A stretch of DNA of 64,000 nucleotides from an uncultured virus (IMG/VR IMGVR_UViG_3300031329_000004) (lineage: Duplodnaviria; Heunggongvirae; Uroviricota; Caudoviricetes): IMG/VR virus record IMGVR_UViG_3300031329_000004, one strand, 5' to 3'. The notes beneath the pieces were generated by a model. That model was not told the DNA's origin. It ran no database searches and was given only the letters and a program-made list of their open reading frames with translations. Numbering within the stretch: position 1 is the first letter of the stretch; each line of letters begins with the position of its first letter. The translations under genes and the position numbers were made by a program. This document shows positions 38,240-49,992 of this stretch, in pieces.

Positions 38240-38404
38240 TTGCGTGTCACGATAAAAAGATTAAAGTCTTTGAGATGAATAAAAGTCCCTGCACTTCTAA
38301 TACATCAACCTAAGCTTTGGCGAGTACTTAGGTCTGCCAAAGCACCTACAGCTACTCAAAGGACTTAGGAAAAAATACTTGCTACTCGTTAGCAGGTATT
38401 TTTT
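38240..38404 (+). promoter_or_regulatory. Promoter, structured leader RNA and terminator upstream of the replication module
   Basis: TTGCGT-N16-TAAAGT; several alternative stems; terminator aaaaaatacttgcta/tagcaggtatttttt. Confidence 0.55.
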
Positions 38405-38419
38405 ATTTTAAATATAAAT

Positions 38420-38929
38420 ATGAATCAAGAATTACTAGAGCAATTACTCAGTGAGTTTCCTCGCATAGATCAATCTGCTATGTTTTCTATTCTTCGTTCT
38501 ATAAAAGCAAGAAGTGATACATATAAATTGATATGATTGTCACGACTAGAGTGTGACAAATACTGAATAAGTCAGAGACAGATGCATAATCTTATTCAAT
38601 ATCTTAAAGATTACTGATATATATCATATGAAAGAAAAACACTGCCTAAGTGAAAAGTTCACCTATGCTGCATGTATTCTTTATCTGATATCTTTAGTAA
38701 TTTTTTATTTGATTTATTTAATAAAGTAAAAAAAGTATATCAAAGAATTGATGTTATTGCTTTTATAAAGCAAAATTTTAATCATAAAAAAACTATTTGA
38801 TTTATTACTTTTAAATATTCATGAATAAAATATAGAGTAAATTTATTCTGAAGATATAAACATATGATATATGATACCCGGAATAACTGTATTATTAATC
38901 CCATAACAACATTCAATGTCTACAATTAA
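38420..38929 (+). CDS. Winged-HTH DNA-binding protein (possible replication or transcription regulator)
   Basis: CDKYGISQRQMHNLIQYLKDYGYI HTH pattern. Confidence 0.6.
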
Positions 38930-39575
38930 TAAATATTATGTTGTATGGATATGACACATTCCATGAATATATACTACCTGGAAAGAATGCAGAGCTAATA
39001 TATTAAAATTTCCTAAAGCTAGATATAAAAAATTCTCTACTTATGAGAAAGCAAAAGTAGCTTATAGTGAATCTCATGAAAAACATTGGTGAGTAAAAAA
39101 ACAAAGTGATGGAACTATCATTAGATCTTGTAAGCATAAGATATGATTTGTAAAAAATCTAGATAAAATAATAGCTTCAAGCATTGTATCTGATGGAGCA
39201 TGTTCATATGCTTGATCTAATTCTGGAAAAATAGAATGGCAAGTTATAGATATGAAGACTTGAGAATATGTTGTTAAAAGCAAAGTCTTTGAAAATGGAA
39301 CAAATAATATAGCTGAGTTCTTATGACTCTGTGATGCTATTGAATACAGAAATATTATACAATCGTCACAAACTATATTCTGTGACAGTAAGATAGCTCT
39401 CTGATGGGTAAGAGATATGGAATGTAGAACAAATGCAGAAGAGATACCAATAGAACTCAAATTACTTATAGAAGAGTCTATAGAATATTTACAGTGACTA
39501 TGACATATAGAAAAATTATATCTTTGGGAAACAAAGAAATGGTGAGAGAATCCTGCAGATTATTGAAGAAAATAA
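38916..39575 (+). CDS. rnhA: Ribonuclease HI with N-terminal hybrid-binding (Cauli_VI) domain
   Basis: KYYVVW.G..PGIYTTW.EC...YKKF, then SDGAC, GTNNIAEF, FCDS, WETKKWGENPADYGRK. Confidence 0.93.
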
Positions 39576-39591
39576 AAAATATATAAATAGT

Positions 39592-39619
39592 TTGCTTTAT
39601 AATAAACAAACTATAATAT
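39592..39619 (+). promoter_or_regulatory. Sigma70-like promoter
   Basis: TTGCTT-N16-TAATAT, followed by a hairpin containing TCTAGCAATAAAGA. Confidence 0.6.
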
Positions 39620-39689
39620 GTAAGGGAGATTTCTAGCAATAAAGAATCTTAATAATTTATCCCTTAAAAATATTTTATGAAAATAATTT

Positions 39690-39995
39690 ATGTGATATAA
39701 AAATTCTAATTGAGAAATCATTAATAATCGAACACTATCTAAAAAAAAATCATCTAAAAAGAAAACGCCAATAAAGTGACGGAAAGTATATTACATTGGA
39801 AAAACAAAGTCTACTTGAACAAGAATAGTATTCTACCAATGAAAGATAATATCACATGATAAGTCTACTTGAATATGTGTATGTTCTATATTAGATAGAG
39901 ATCTAATCCTTAATCCAAAACAAATAAAGATTCAGATTAATATTCCTTTTTCTGTACTAAGAGATGATGACACACTAGATTACTTTAACAATTAA
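39690..39995 (+). CDS. Basic hypothetical protein
   Basis: Code-25 ORF starting ATG-TGA (MG). Confidence 0.55.
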
Positions 39996-40005
39996 AAAAC
40001 ATATT

Positions 40006-40578
40006 ATGGATTTTAAAAAAGACTTAGGAACATTAGCATTTATATGCTCTACAGGAAGTGGAAGACTTGTTTCTATAGAGTCACATATTACAGCAGGTGC
40101 TGACGAATGAACGAAACAACCTCTTGATTTATTCCTTGCAAGTTGAGTTGGAATTAATGCTAAAATTTTTAGAGATAAATTAGTAAAAGATTTTCTAAAA
40201 AGTATTAGTTCTAAATTCATAGCGCTTCAAGAAAAAACCAATAAAGAATTAGCAAAAGAATGAAAAGAACTAAACGAAGTAATGTCTGAATCTTTTTATC
40301 AAGAACTTATTGATACAGCTCTAAAATCAGATCCATATAACTATAAAGAATTTGATAGGTTCGAAGATAATTTTATTGCTCCAGATGGAAAGTTTATAGG
40401 TATCACTCCAGACTTTCATAAAAAAATGAAATCTTTATTTGATGAATCATTCCAATATTACTTTACTGATTCATATATTGTCTGAAGATCAACTCTTAAT
40501 GGAGAAATATTATTCGTTATAAAATGAGTAGAAATGACACGACAATTATCACTTACTATTTGAGATGAAAAAAAATAA
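40006..40578 (+). CDS. Hypothetical protein
   Basis: 190-aa ORF that includes track ORF 40282. Confidence 0.7.
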
Positions 40579-41155
40579 AAAAATAACTCTCGCAAATGTT
40601 AAGAAGAAATGAAGATGGAAAGCTCGTTCACAAATGAGTCCAGAGGAATTAGATTTCTTTTTAGAATATGTAGATAAAAAAAGAAGTGAAACGATAATGT
40701 TAAAAGAGATGCTAGCTAGGCAAAACTTAAATGCTGCTGCATGAATTATAGTTTCACCTATGTTTCTACCTGTAGAAAGAAAAACTACACCAGACAAGAA
40801 AATATCGCTAAATATGAATGGTTATAGAAATTGGGATTTCATAACAAGCGATAATCTTAAAAAAGATTACAAAGAAATCATGAAACCATATATCGCTCAT
40901 CTTACTAAATTATCTAATGTTCATATAGAATACAGAATATTCTATGGAAAGAATGAACCAGATGGAATGAATATTGCAGCAGTACAATCTAAATTTTTTC
41001 TAGATGCTTTGCAAGGAGAAAAAGATGAAGATGGAAATCAGATATCTCCGGCATATATTGATAATGATAACATATCAAATGTGACTGAATCATATTCAAG
41101 TTGATGAAAAGAAATTTGAAATGAAAGAATAGAAATTTTAATTACAAAAAAATAA
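40565..41155 (+). CDS. RusA-like Holliday junction resolvase
   Basis: SLNMNGYRNW...PDGMN...KFFLDAL...IDNDN...V...ERIEI. Confidence 0.8.
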
Positions 41156-41159
41156 ATAT

Positions 41160-41288
41160 ATGAATATTAATATGAATGAAGAACCATTAGATGTAGAATA
41201 TGTTCCTGCTGAAGAAGAAGAACCGGTTTAATATTATTGCGACTACAATAAGATATTTCTAAAAGAAATATATAAATCCTTAACCTAA
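41160..41288 (+). CDS. Small acidic hypothetical protein
   Basis: 42-aa ORF. Confidence 0.4.
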
Positions 41289-41475
41289 TCGCAATAAAAT
41301 ACAACAGATCACAAAGAACATAGAAGCACAGAAAAATAAGAGTAATAGAATAACTTTTTATTTTATTACTCTTTTAAAAAAAAACTTTTTCAAAGTTTAA
41401 AAAATTTCTCTAGCTTACTTATGCATAAGCTCGTTACGAGATATCGTAACTTTATTTATTAACCATATATATATT

Positions 41476-42282
41476 ATGGCTAGAATGTGAAAAAGAGGAG
41501 GTAATAAAGTATACCTACAAGTTTCCGGTGGTAACCTAGTACAAAGACTTGATGAACACTATCAAGGAGATTGTATTGAAAGAAAGTTGAAGATGTGAAA
41601 GAATGCTTGAAAAATGGTAAAAGAACATCACTTTCCAAGTGTTGAGTGATTCATTACTAATGTAGAAATTAAAACATCTGATTTTTGAAATCAAGTAATG
41701 GTGACATTAGATAATGAAATTGTTGTACAATTTTCATCAAATGATTTTATATCTATTTGTAATACTATGTTAAACTTTTGACATGGTGCTGATCTTTCTA
41801 AAGAGATTGAAGTTTCTTCTTATACATGAAATGATGGATATGGAAAATTTTCTATATGGCAATCATGAGAAATGGTAAAATGGTTCGTGAATAAAGAAAA
41901 CTCCAAAGAACTATGATGTCCTCAAGCAACAAAGAAAACTGTTGCAGGTAAAGTTAAATGGGATTTTGATGATGTTAATAACTGGTACTTCAATGAAATT
42001 GGAAAATGGATTCAAAATACATTTCCAAATGGTTCTATAGCTACTCCAGAATGAGCAACATCTAATGTATCAGAACAACAAAAACTTGCTGATCAATGAG
42101 AGCAAGGAAGTGTAAATGATGTTCATAAAGATGAAGAAGCTCCTGTAGCATGATATGCTGCTAAACCTACTGGATGAGAACCTAATCCAGAAGTATGAGG
42201 TACAGCACAAGCTCAAGCTCAAACTTGAAATACTAAAAGAAAAGATGAAGAAGAAATATCTATCGAAGAATTACCTTTCTAA
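41476..42282 (+). CDS. ssb: Single-stranded DNA-binding protein (phage type)
   Basis: Disordered linker and acidic C-terminus EEEISIEELPF; followed by a terminator. Confidence 0.75.
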
Positions 42283-42293
42283 ATCGTAAACAT

Positions 42294-42328
42294 ATAGGAC
42301 ATGATTTATTCATAGTCCTATTTTTTTT
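42294..42328 (+). terminator. Intrinsic terminator after ssb
   Basis: ataggacatga...tcatagtcctat followed by a T run. Confidence 0.7.
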
Positions 42329-42350
42329 ATTTACAAATAACAATTATATT

Positions 42351-42650
42351 ATGAAATTTATAGTACGAGACATTATCTTTACAGATAGAACTAAAGCAGG
42401 ACAACCTCTTATTAACAAAAATAAAGAAAAATTCTTTATGCTTCATCTTGAAGTAAAAGAAGTTGGTGACTCAGTTATTCAATCAAATGAACATGGTAAA
42501 TGGATAAGTAAATATTATATCACAGATGAGTGAGACAAACTCAAAGATCAAATCAAAATAGGTGAAACATATCTTATTGAATATTCTCAATCATGAATTT
42601 ACAAAAATGTTCAATCAGTAAGAACTATATCTGGTAATATTATTATATAA
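42351..42650 (+). CDS. Small OB-fold-like protein
   Basis: Beta-rich; IKIGETYLIEYSQSGIYKNV. Confidence 0.55.
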
Positions 42651-43009
42651 TGAAAGAAGCAATATTAAGAACTCTGAGAAAAACTTCATTAGATGATAGT
42701 GAAAAATTACAAGAAATATTTAAGATTGCTTCAGAAGATACTTCTAGTCATTACTGAATTAATGGTTTAGTAAAACTTAGTCATGAAGAATATAATAAAA
42801 TTAAGTCTCTCTATTGAGAGGCTGTTCTTCTTGATTTTATAGTAAGGTTAGATAAATATATCTATGAAAAATGAAAGCAATATAAATCGCATTATATGAC
42901 TATAAATAAATGGATATCTGGTGACCCTAAAATTAAAAAAATTCCACAGACTTATAGATGCGCATATGGTGAAATCCATAGAAAATGAGAAGACTGTACT
43001 TGTAATTAA
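42650..43009 (+). CDS. Replication initiator / replisome-organiser C-terminal-like protein
   Basis: VKLSHEEYNKIKSLYG...I.RLD.Y...KGKQYKSHYMTI.KW pattern, directly upstream of dnaB. Confidence 0.65.
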
Positions 43010-43023
43010 TAAGATATAGAAAC

Positions 43024-44550
43024 ATGGCAATGATTCCAAAACATGATGAATTGAGTGAGCAATGAGTTCTATGATCTTGTATAATAGATAAAAATGTTAT
43101 TCCTTATGTCTTATCTGATATACAGGAAGATTATTTTTACATAGATAATAACAAGATCGTATTTAAAGCTATTAAGTCACTAGCTGAAAAGTGAAAAACA
43201 ATAGATTTAATAACTTTAAAAAATGCGTTAGAGAGTCAAGATATTTCAGTGACTTTAAATAATTGAAAAAAAGTTATAGATAAATTTAAAAAAGAAAATC
43301 TCTTAGAAGAAATTTGAGGTATATCATATCTTACAGATCTAACTGAAGCTGTATGACATACAGTGAATATATATGATTATACTAAAATAATGAAAGAGAA
43401 TTATTTACTCAGACAATATTCTAATTTATGAAAATATATTAGTGACTGATTAAAAAATAATCTTGATACTTCATGAGTAGCTGATCTTATAGAACGACAA
43501 CTGAAAGTTATAAACTCTATGTGAATAGATGATAAAACTGAAGACATGATGACTATCATGACTGATCATTACGAATCACTTCTTTGATCTCTAGAATGAA
43601 ATGAATGAGATATAAAAAGAGTTAAAACATGATTTACAGAACTTGATAAACAAATTTGAGCATTACACTGATGAGATTTAGTTGTAGTTGCTGCTAGTTC
43701 TTCTATAGGTAAAACAATGTTCTCTATAAATGTATTAAATAATATTACATGACAATGAAATAAATGATTATTATTTACTATGGAGATGAGCAAAAATAAA
43801 ATTTCTGATATTCTTATCACTATTAATAGTGACATCAAATACCAAACACTCCAGACATGGAATGATGATGTAGTTGAGATGAGAAATAAATTATTACTTG
43901 CTCAAGATAGATTAGATTCTGGCATTGATACAGATGATAATTATATTAAAACAATTCAGAATAATATAAATATTCTTGTAGCTCGAAAACAAAAAGTATT
44001 AGAAGATTCTTCTGAGGCTATAGATGCTATTGCAGAAAGAAAATTATATATTGATGATAGATCTGGTCTAACAACTAAAACTATTCGTAATAAAATAATG
44101 GAACTATCTGTGACTGGTGACTTAGACATAGTAGTTGTAGATCAATTATCACTTATGAGTGGTAACTGAGCAGGTATAAGAGAACGATATGATATTATAA
44201 CATGAGAGCTGAAACAAATGGCTAGAGAGTATAATGTTCCTATTGTGCTTGTAGTACAATTACTATGAAAAGAAATAGGTAAACGAGCAGGCCATGTTCC
44301 TAGAAATGATGATATCAAAGAATCATTTAAAATATATGAAGATGCTGACAAAGTATTACTTCTTAATAGACCATCATTCTGGGCTCAAGAAGACTGACAT
44401 GAGAATGATGAATTTAGTGATATGAGTATGCATGTACATATTACTAAAAATAGATGATGAAGTACCTCTGAAATAATATTATGATGTGATATAGAACATC
44501 AGAGACTTCGAAATGCAACATCTTTAGAAAAATCTAAACACTCATTTTAA
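43024..44550 (+). CDS. dnaB: Replicative DnaB-family helicase
   Basis: P.HD..SEQGVLG N-domain, IGGISYL, TGFTELD, VVAASSSIGKT, FTMEM, VVVDQL, VQL, EDAD, KNRGG. Confidence 0.95.
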
Positions 44551-44578
44551 TATTATTTTATTTTTTAAATAACAAACT

Positions 44579-44905
44579 ATGTCAATATTTGAAATGTACA
44601 TTGATAAGCGCTGAGAATATAGATTTAGATTAAGAGCAGGCAACTGACAAGTAATATTATGTTCTGATTGATACTCATCACAAGATGGCTGTATGAATGC
44701 AATTCAATCTGTAAGAGAAAATTCTCAGAATGATTCTAGATTTATCAGAAAACAAACAGATACTGGTTGTAAATTTACACTATGTGCTTGAAACTGACAA
44801 TCCATATGAGAATGAGAAGTTATGATATCAGATGCAGCACTTGAAAATCAAATAGCTTCGGTATCTAAAAATGCTCCAGAAGCAGTACTAATAATTATCG
44901 ATTAA
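44579..44905 (+). CDS. yegP: YegP/DUF1508 tandem-domain protein
   Basis: FEMY.DKRGEYRFRLRAGNGQVIL.S.GY...C...I.SV..N, repeated twice. Confidence 0.85.
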
Positions 44906-45435
44906 TGAAAAGAATATGGATTACATCTGACTGGCATTTTAATCATGAACCTATTAAGGAATTTGAAAATAGACCAGATAACTATGAGAAAATACTCATT
45001 AAAAAAATTAACAATCAAGTACATCATAATGATATACTTATAAATCTATGAGATGTAATATTCTCAAGATCATGAGAACTCAAACAATATCTTGCTAGAA
45101 TAAATTGTAAAAATATTATTCTTGTAAGATGAAATCATGATACTAAAAGTTTTAACTTTTATATGAATCAATGATTTTCATTTGTTTGTGACGAGTTCAA
45201 ACTATCTTTTGAAAAATATAAAATATTATTCTCTCATATTCCACAAGAAAATTTACCAAATGGTTACATAAATATACATGGCCATCTGCATAGTAATATA
45301 CATAGAGATGGAATACATGATGGAAAACATATATTATATAATCCAGAAAAGACTTGATATAATTTTGTACCGATATTGCTTCGTAATATCATTAAGAAAA
45401 ATATTCCTAAACAAATATCATGAGAGCATCAATAA
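44905..45435 (+). CDS. Calcineurin-like metallophosphoesterase
   Basis: SDWHFNH, NLGD, RGNHD, SHIP, IHGHLH. Confidence 0.92.
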
Positions 45436-45689
45436 TATTAAAGACTACTAACTCTAAAATCATTAGACCATATGCTCTTGCGTGATGGTATATATTTACA
45501 TACAACTCTTGGAATGGAACTATTAGAGATAAATGTATTGTAAAAGGTGTACCTATAGAAAAATTAAAATCACTTATCAAAGATGTTGAAAATTGTCCAG
45601 ATTCTTGAACAATTATTTTTACTATAACTTATAGGAAATGATTAAGTGAAATAGAAAGAATAGAAGCAATGTTTAAAAATACTTTTTAA
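45420..45689 (+). CDS. Hypothetical protein
   Basis: Code-25 ORF overlapping the upstream stop. Confidence 0.55.
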
Positions 45690-45699
45690 AAAAATAAAT

Positions 45700-45990
45700 A
45701 TGAATTTCAGAATTATAAATATTCCTTTAGTAGAATCTGATGTTCTATTAAGAATAGTAAAAGATACTTATTTTCGTAGTTCAGATAAATTTGTAGTAAA
45801 AATATCTACTTGGAAAAATAGTTCTAATGAATCTAAATTAGATACTTTTTTTGAAGAAATAGTAAGTTTTGATTGTGAAGAATCAAATATGTTAAAACGA
45901 TGCCAATCGTATTTAATTTGATATTCTGAAGAAAACGCAATAGAATTTTATAAATCTAATAAAATTAAAGATGTACCTACCTCAGACTAA
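45700..45990 (+). CDS. Hypothetical protein
   Basis: Track ORF 45700 extended through TGA. Confidence 0.65.
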
Positions 45991-46118
45991 AGAATGATGG
46001 CTATTGTTTAGACTTAATCAGATTTATAAAATGCATTGAGCCACACAACAGCAAGTATCTGCTTACGCATATACTAAAAGTAAATCTATGATTATACTTT
46101 ATAAACAAAAAATAAAAG

Positions 46119-46784
46119 ATGAAACATTTGAAAGAGTTTATTATTCGATATGGCTATGAACTTTGAGACACACTTGAGTATAATTCATATAGAACATGAG
46201 AGCGCTCAGAGATAAGAAATTATGATTCGTTATCCGTAACAGAATTATTGAAGCTTATAATCGATCCTAATATGGAAATGGTAAAAGCTATACACTCAGA
46301 AAAATTACAGACAGCATGTGACTATGGAACTCAAATACACAAAGACCTGGAACAATATTTCCATACTTGAGAACTTCCTAGAACACCAATACATCTTAAT
46401 TTTAGAAGAGCTCTTGTTGAAAAAGATATAAAAATCTTAGAAGCTGAAAAAACATACAAGCTTGATATAGGTATCTGATTTCCTCTCACAGCGATGTTAG
46501 ATACAAAAGTGAAGATAGGTAAGCAAAGATGAACTATGGACTATAAGTGCTCAAGAAAAGATAGGAATTTCATAACTATGAAGTACGAACTTCAATGAAA
46601 TTTCTATGCAATGATGTGTTGAGAGAAAAATGCTTGGAATTTATATCTCAATAAAAAAAGATATAAACTCATAAAAGCAAGTGATCATCATCTTGTTATT
46701 CTAGATTTAATAGCATATGCAAAAACATTAGTAGAGAAGTGACACACAAATAACTTATATCTTAATAAGAAATCATGAGCTTAG
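46119..46784 (+). CDS. PD-(D/E)XK (RecB/lambda-exo-like) exonuclease
   Basis: LSVT, YGTQIH, AEK, MLD, MDYK, LQGNFY. Confidence 0.8.
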
Positions 46785-47104
46785 ATTTTTATCTGATATC
46801 ATTATCAGAAAATAAAGAAGAACTTGCTTGGCATAATATAACTCACAATCTTATTCCTATGGCTGAAGAATCATGATTATATCAATGCTTATGGCGACCT
46901 ACAGAAAACAATATGTTTTATGCAAGAGATATTATTATGCATCTTAAAGCATGAATATATAAATTACAATCTGATCCAGAAAAATATAAAAAATTAAATA
47001 GTGATAATTGATGGTGAAGTTATCATAACTTTTTACCGTTTGTTAAAAGAGTGTTAGAATCTTGTGAAAAAAATCCAGAAGCTGAGATAGAATCTTTTGT
47101 ATAA
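46775..47104 (+). CDS. Conserved phage hypothetical protein
   Basis: MSLD...NITHNL.PMA...LWRP...NGWGSY pattern recurrent in phages. Confidence 0.7.
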
Positions 47105-47132
47105 ATTTAATTTATTAATCATAATATAAACC

Positions 47133-48698
47133 ATGATAAAAAATATTACTCTTAAATGAGTTCGAGGAATCTCTAAATCATTTGAATTGAAAGAATGACT
47201 TAATAATTTTGTATGAAAAAACTGAACTTGAAAAAGTACAGTCATACAATCTATTACTGATGCATTTCGTTGAGAAAAAATTCAAGTTAAGGAATGAGAA
47301 ATGACATTGAATTATGATGATAATATGATTCAAAGAAATGCTAATCGTTTATTCTCTAGTCCTAAATCAGATATAGATTTAGTTCTTCCTGGATTTCTTA
47401 TGTGAAAACATAAAACTATCAAGGGGGTAAACTCCACTAATGAAGAAAGAAGAATTACTGTAAGTAACTTACTAGGTATAGATAGAACTAAATTCTTTCT
47501 TGATGCTTGAATAGATTATGATCTTAAATGAGCTATGGCAGAACTTCGTGACATGAATACTAAAAGTAGTACTTATGCTGATGAGTTAATAACTCTTGAA
47601 TCAAAAAAATCTAAAAAGCTTACAAAGCCTACTGTAGTAAAACTCATACAATGATCAGAAGAAAAAGTAGAAAAATGAAATGCTTATGAATTAGAATCTC
47701 TTAATAATTCATTATCTAATCTTAGACTTAAATGGAAGAAAGTTCCAGAAGAACCAACATCTATTGATAAAATAGATTTTATTCCAGATTCAGTTATCAC
47801 TGAATGAAATCAATCTGAAATTGATTCTATGAAAAAACAACTTGCAGAAATTGCTGCTAAGTGACAAAACATGCCAGATATATGTGAAGCATGTGGTCAA
47901 ACTATTCAAGATGTTGAGTCTGCAAAAGCAAAGTTACGACTTGAATATACACAGCTTTCTACTAATATTAATAATACAAAAGTTATTGATAGAGAAGTTC
48001 AACCATCTAATCTCGAAGCTTATAATAAAAATGCTAATGATATAGCTGATTATAATCTTGAAGTTCTTACAAGAAATAATATTATAGAATCTAATACTTC
48101 TATTGAAGCTGAAGCTAAAGAAATTCAATCTAAAATAGATAATTTCAAACTTGTTAAAGATACAGTTATTCCTGCTGTTATATGAAATGATTCAGAGTAT
48201 CAAGACTATCTTGATGCAGATAGAGCTTATGCTCTTGCTCAACAAGAATCTAAATGAATTAAAGATCGTATCAAAGAAACTAAAGCAAAAATCAAAAGTC
48301 TTTCTACTGAAAAACTTGAAGATAAAATTGAGGCTTATAAAGATACTGAGCTTGCATTCGTTGAATCTGTAGATAAACAACTTACTGTTGGTGATGTTAA
48401 ATTTGTATTCTATAAAGCTAATACAAGTCCTAATGCTACTGAACCATACGCAGCAGTATTTGATATACTATATAATTGAAAAAGTTATACTGAACTTTCT
48501 GGATGAGAACAAGTAATTGTTGATGTTGTTATTGCTACATTATTCATAAAGAAACTTACTCTAGATTTTATCCTTATAGATAATGCAGAAATTAGTGACA
48601 GCAATATTAAAATGCTCATGAAAGAATATCTTGATTGAGTTCAAGTTATATGTACAAGAATCTGAACATCTCCTTTAACTCTAAAACATACTATATAA
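47133..48698 (+). CDS. SbcC/Rad50-like ABC ATPase with coiled coil and zinc hook (copy 1)
   Basis: GKNGTGKST, CEAC hook, LSGGEQ signature, ILIDNAE Walker B. Confidence 0.88.
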
Positions 48699-49061
48699 AT
48701 GAAAATTATAAAAATCGAAAATGAAATCTTTTGATTTACTACAGAAGTAGTACTTTGCGCTAACGATAAAGAATTCGATTCTTATAGTAAAAAAGCTCAT
48801 GTTAAATTATCTATGGAAGAACTTCCAACTTCAGAAACTCACAACTGATATTATGTAAATTACAAATGACAATGAATAATTGTTATGAGAAAGTTACTTT
48901 TAGATACTATGACTCATGAATTAATTCATCTAGTATTTAGATTATTAGATGATAGATGAGTACCAACAAGAGTTGAAAACGATGAAGTATTTGCATATAC
49001 TGTTTGATATTATGTAAGAAAGATAGTAGAATGATTTAAAATCAAAGTGACTACATCTTAA
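48699..49061 (+). CDS. HExxH-containing small phage protein
   Basis: TMTHELIH...NDEVFAY. Confidence 0.7.
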
Positions 49062-49098
49062 AAATCACTCAGTGATATTTATTAAATAAGAGCATTAC

Positions 49099-49320
49099 AT
49101 GCAAATACAAGATACACAATGAAACATTCTCGAATTACGAGAATGAGTAAAAGTTATTCTCGATAGGTTATATATCACAAAGAAGTGACATCCTATTCGT
49201 TCTCAATTTAAAACCAAAGATGAACACTTTGTTATAAATAGAAGACTATGAGAATACAGTAAATGCTCTGGTGCTATATTTCCCATATCTGATTATAATC
49301 CTTATGAGTCTACTTCGTAG
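49099..49320 (+). CDS. Hypothetical protein
   Basis: 73-aa code-25 ORF. Confidence 0.55.
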
Positions 49321-49361
49321 ACTAAAAAATATATTTGTATTTTATTTTCTAAAATTTATAT

Positions 49362-49742
49362 ATGCCTATTAATATCTTATCTTATGATTATAAAGTAGAT
49401 AATATAATAACTCTTCTTTCTGTTATAGAGAAATCATCTAAAGATATTTTAGATATAAAATATCCATGATCATCTGTAATAACAAGATTAGTTATTTTAT
49501 GATTCAGTATGGATTTAAATTCTGAATCTATCAAGTCGTGACTTTCTCTTATAAGAAAACATTCAATAGAAAGACAAGACTTATTTGTAAAATATTTTTA
49601 TAAAGAACCTAGCTATGAAGAATTTAAAAAAACTTTATTATCGGATGATCATACTATGGTAGATTTCTTTATAGATATTCATATATGATCTTCTTGAGAT
49701 GTACTATTTCCAGAACCCGAAATAAAAATAATGAAAACTAAG
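49362..49742 (+). CDS. Hypothetical protein
   Basis: 126-aa code-25 ORF. Confidence 0.6.
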
Positions 49743-49745
49743 TAG

Positions 49746-49980
49746 TTGATTTATTATCAATATAATATATATTCTTATTGTCATCATCTAGAATCACTAT
49801 GATGTGACACCAACAGAGGAGAGACCCTATATGCGACATAATGTATTCCGGTCCATCGCAAAGCACAACAGAAAGCAATATGCTCTGATTGTTGCTAAGA
49901 TGAAAGGAGGTGATCGAATCTAAACGATAGGCTAACCCCCTATCATAACTTGCCGGAGATTTATTCTCTGGCTTTTTTTT
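49746..49980 (+). other. Stand-alone small transcription unit: promoter, structured RNA and/or 30-aa basic peptide (49831-49923), terminator
   Basis: TTGATT-N16-TATATT; higher GC; GAGGA upstream of MRHNVFRSIAKHNRKQYALIVAKMKGGDRI; GAAAGGAGGTGATC at 49902-49915; terminator gccggaga/tctctggc plus T8. Confidence 0.6.
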
Positions 49981-49992
49981 AATTATCTTTTC

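Noticed and set aside
38275..38404. tRNA (e.g. a UCA-anticodon Gly tRNA) or a known self-cleaving ribozyme
   Set aside because: No cloverleaf or T-loop consensus, no hammerhead CUGANGA/GAAA core, and no HDV P3/P4 elements recognised. Kept only as an unassigned structured leader.
43024..44550. Intein in DnaB (also considered for TerL)
   Set aside because: Insertions are short and lack the Cys/Ser start, His-Asn end and LAGLIDADG motifs.
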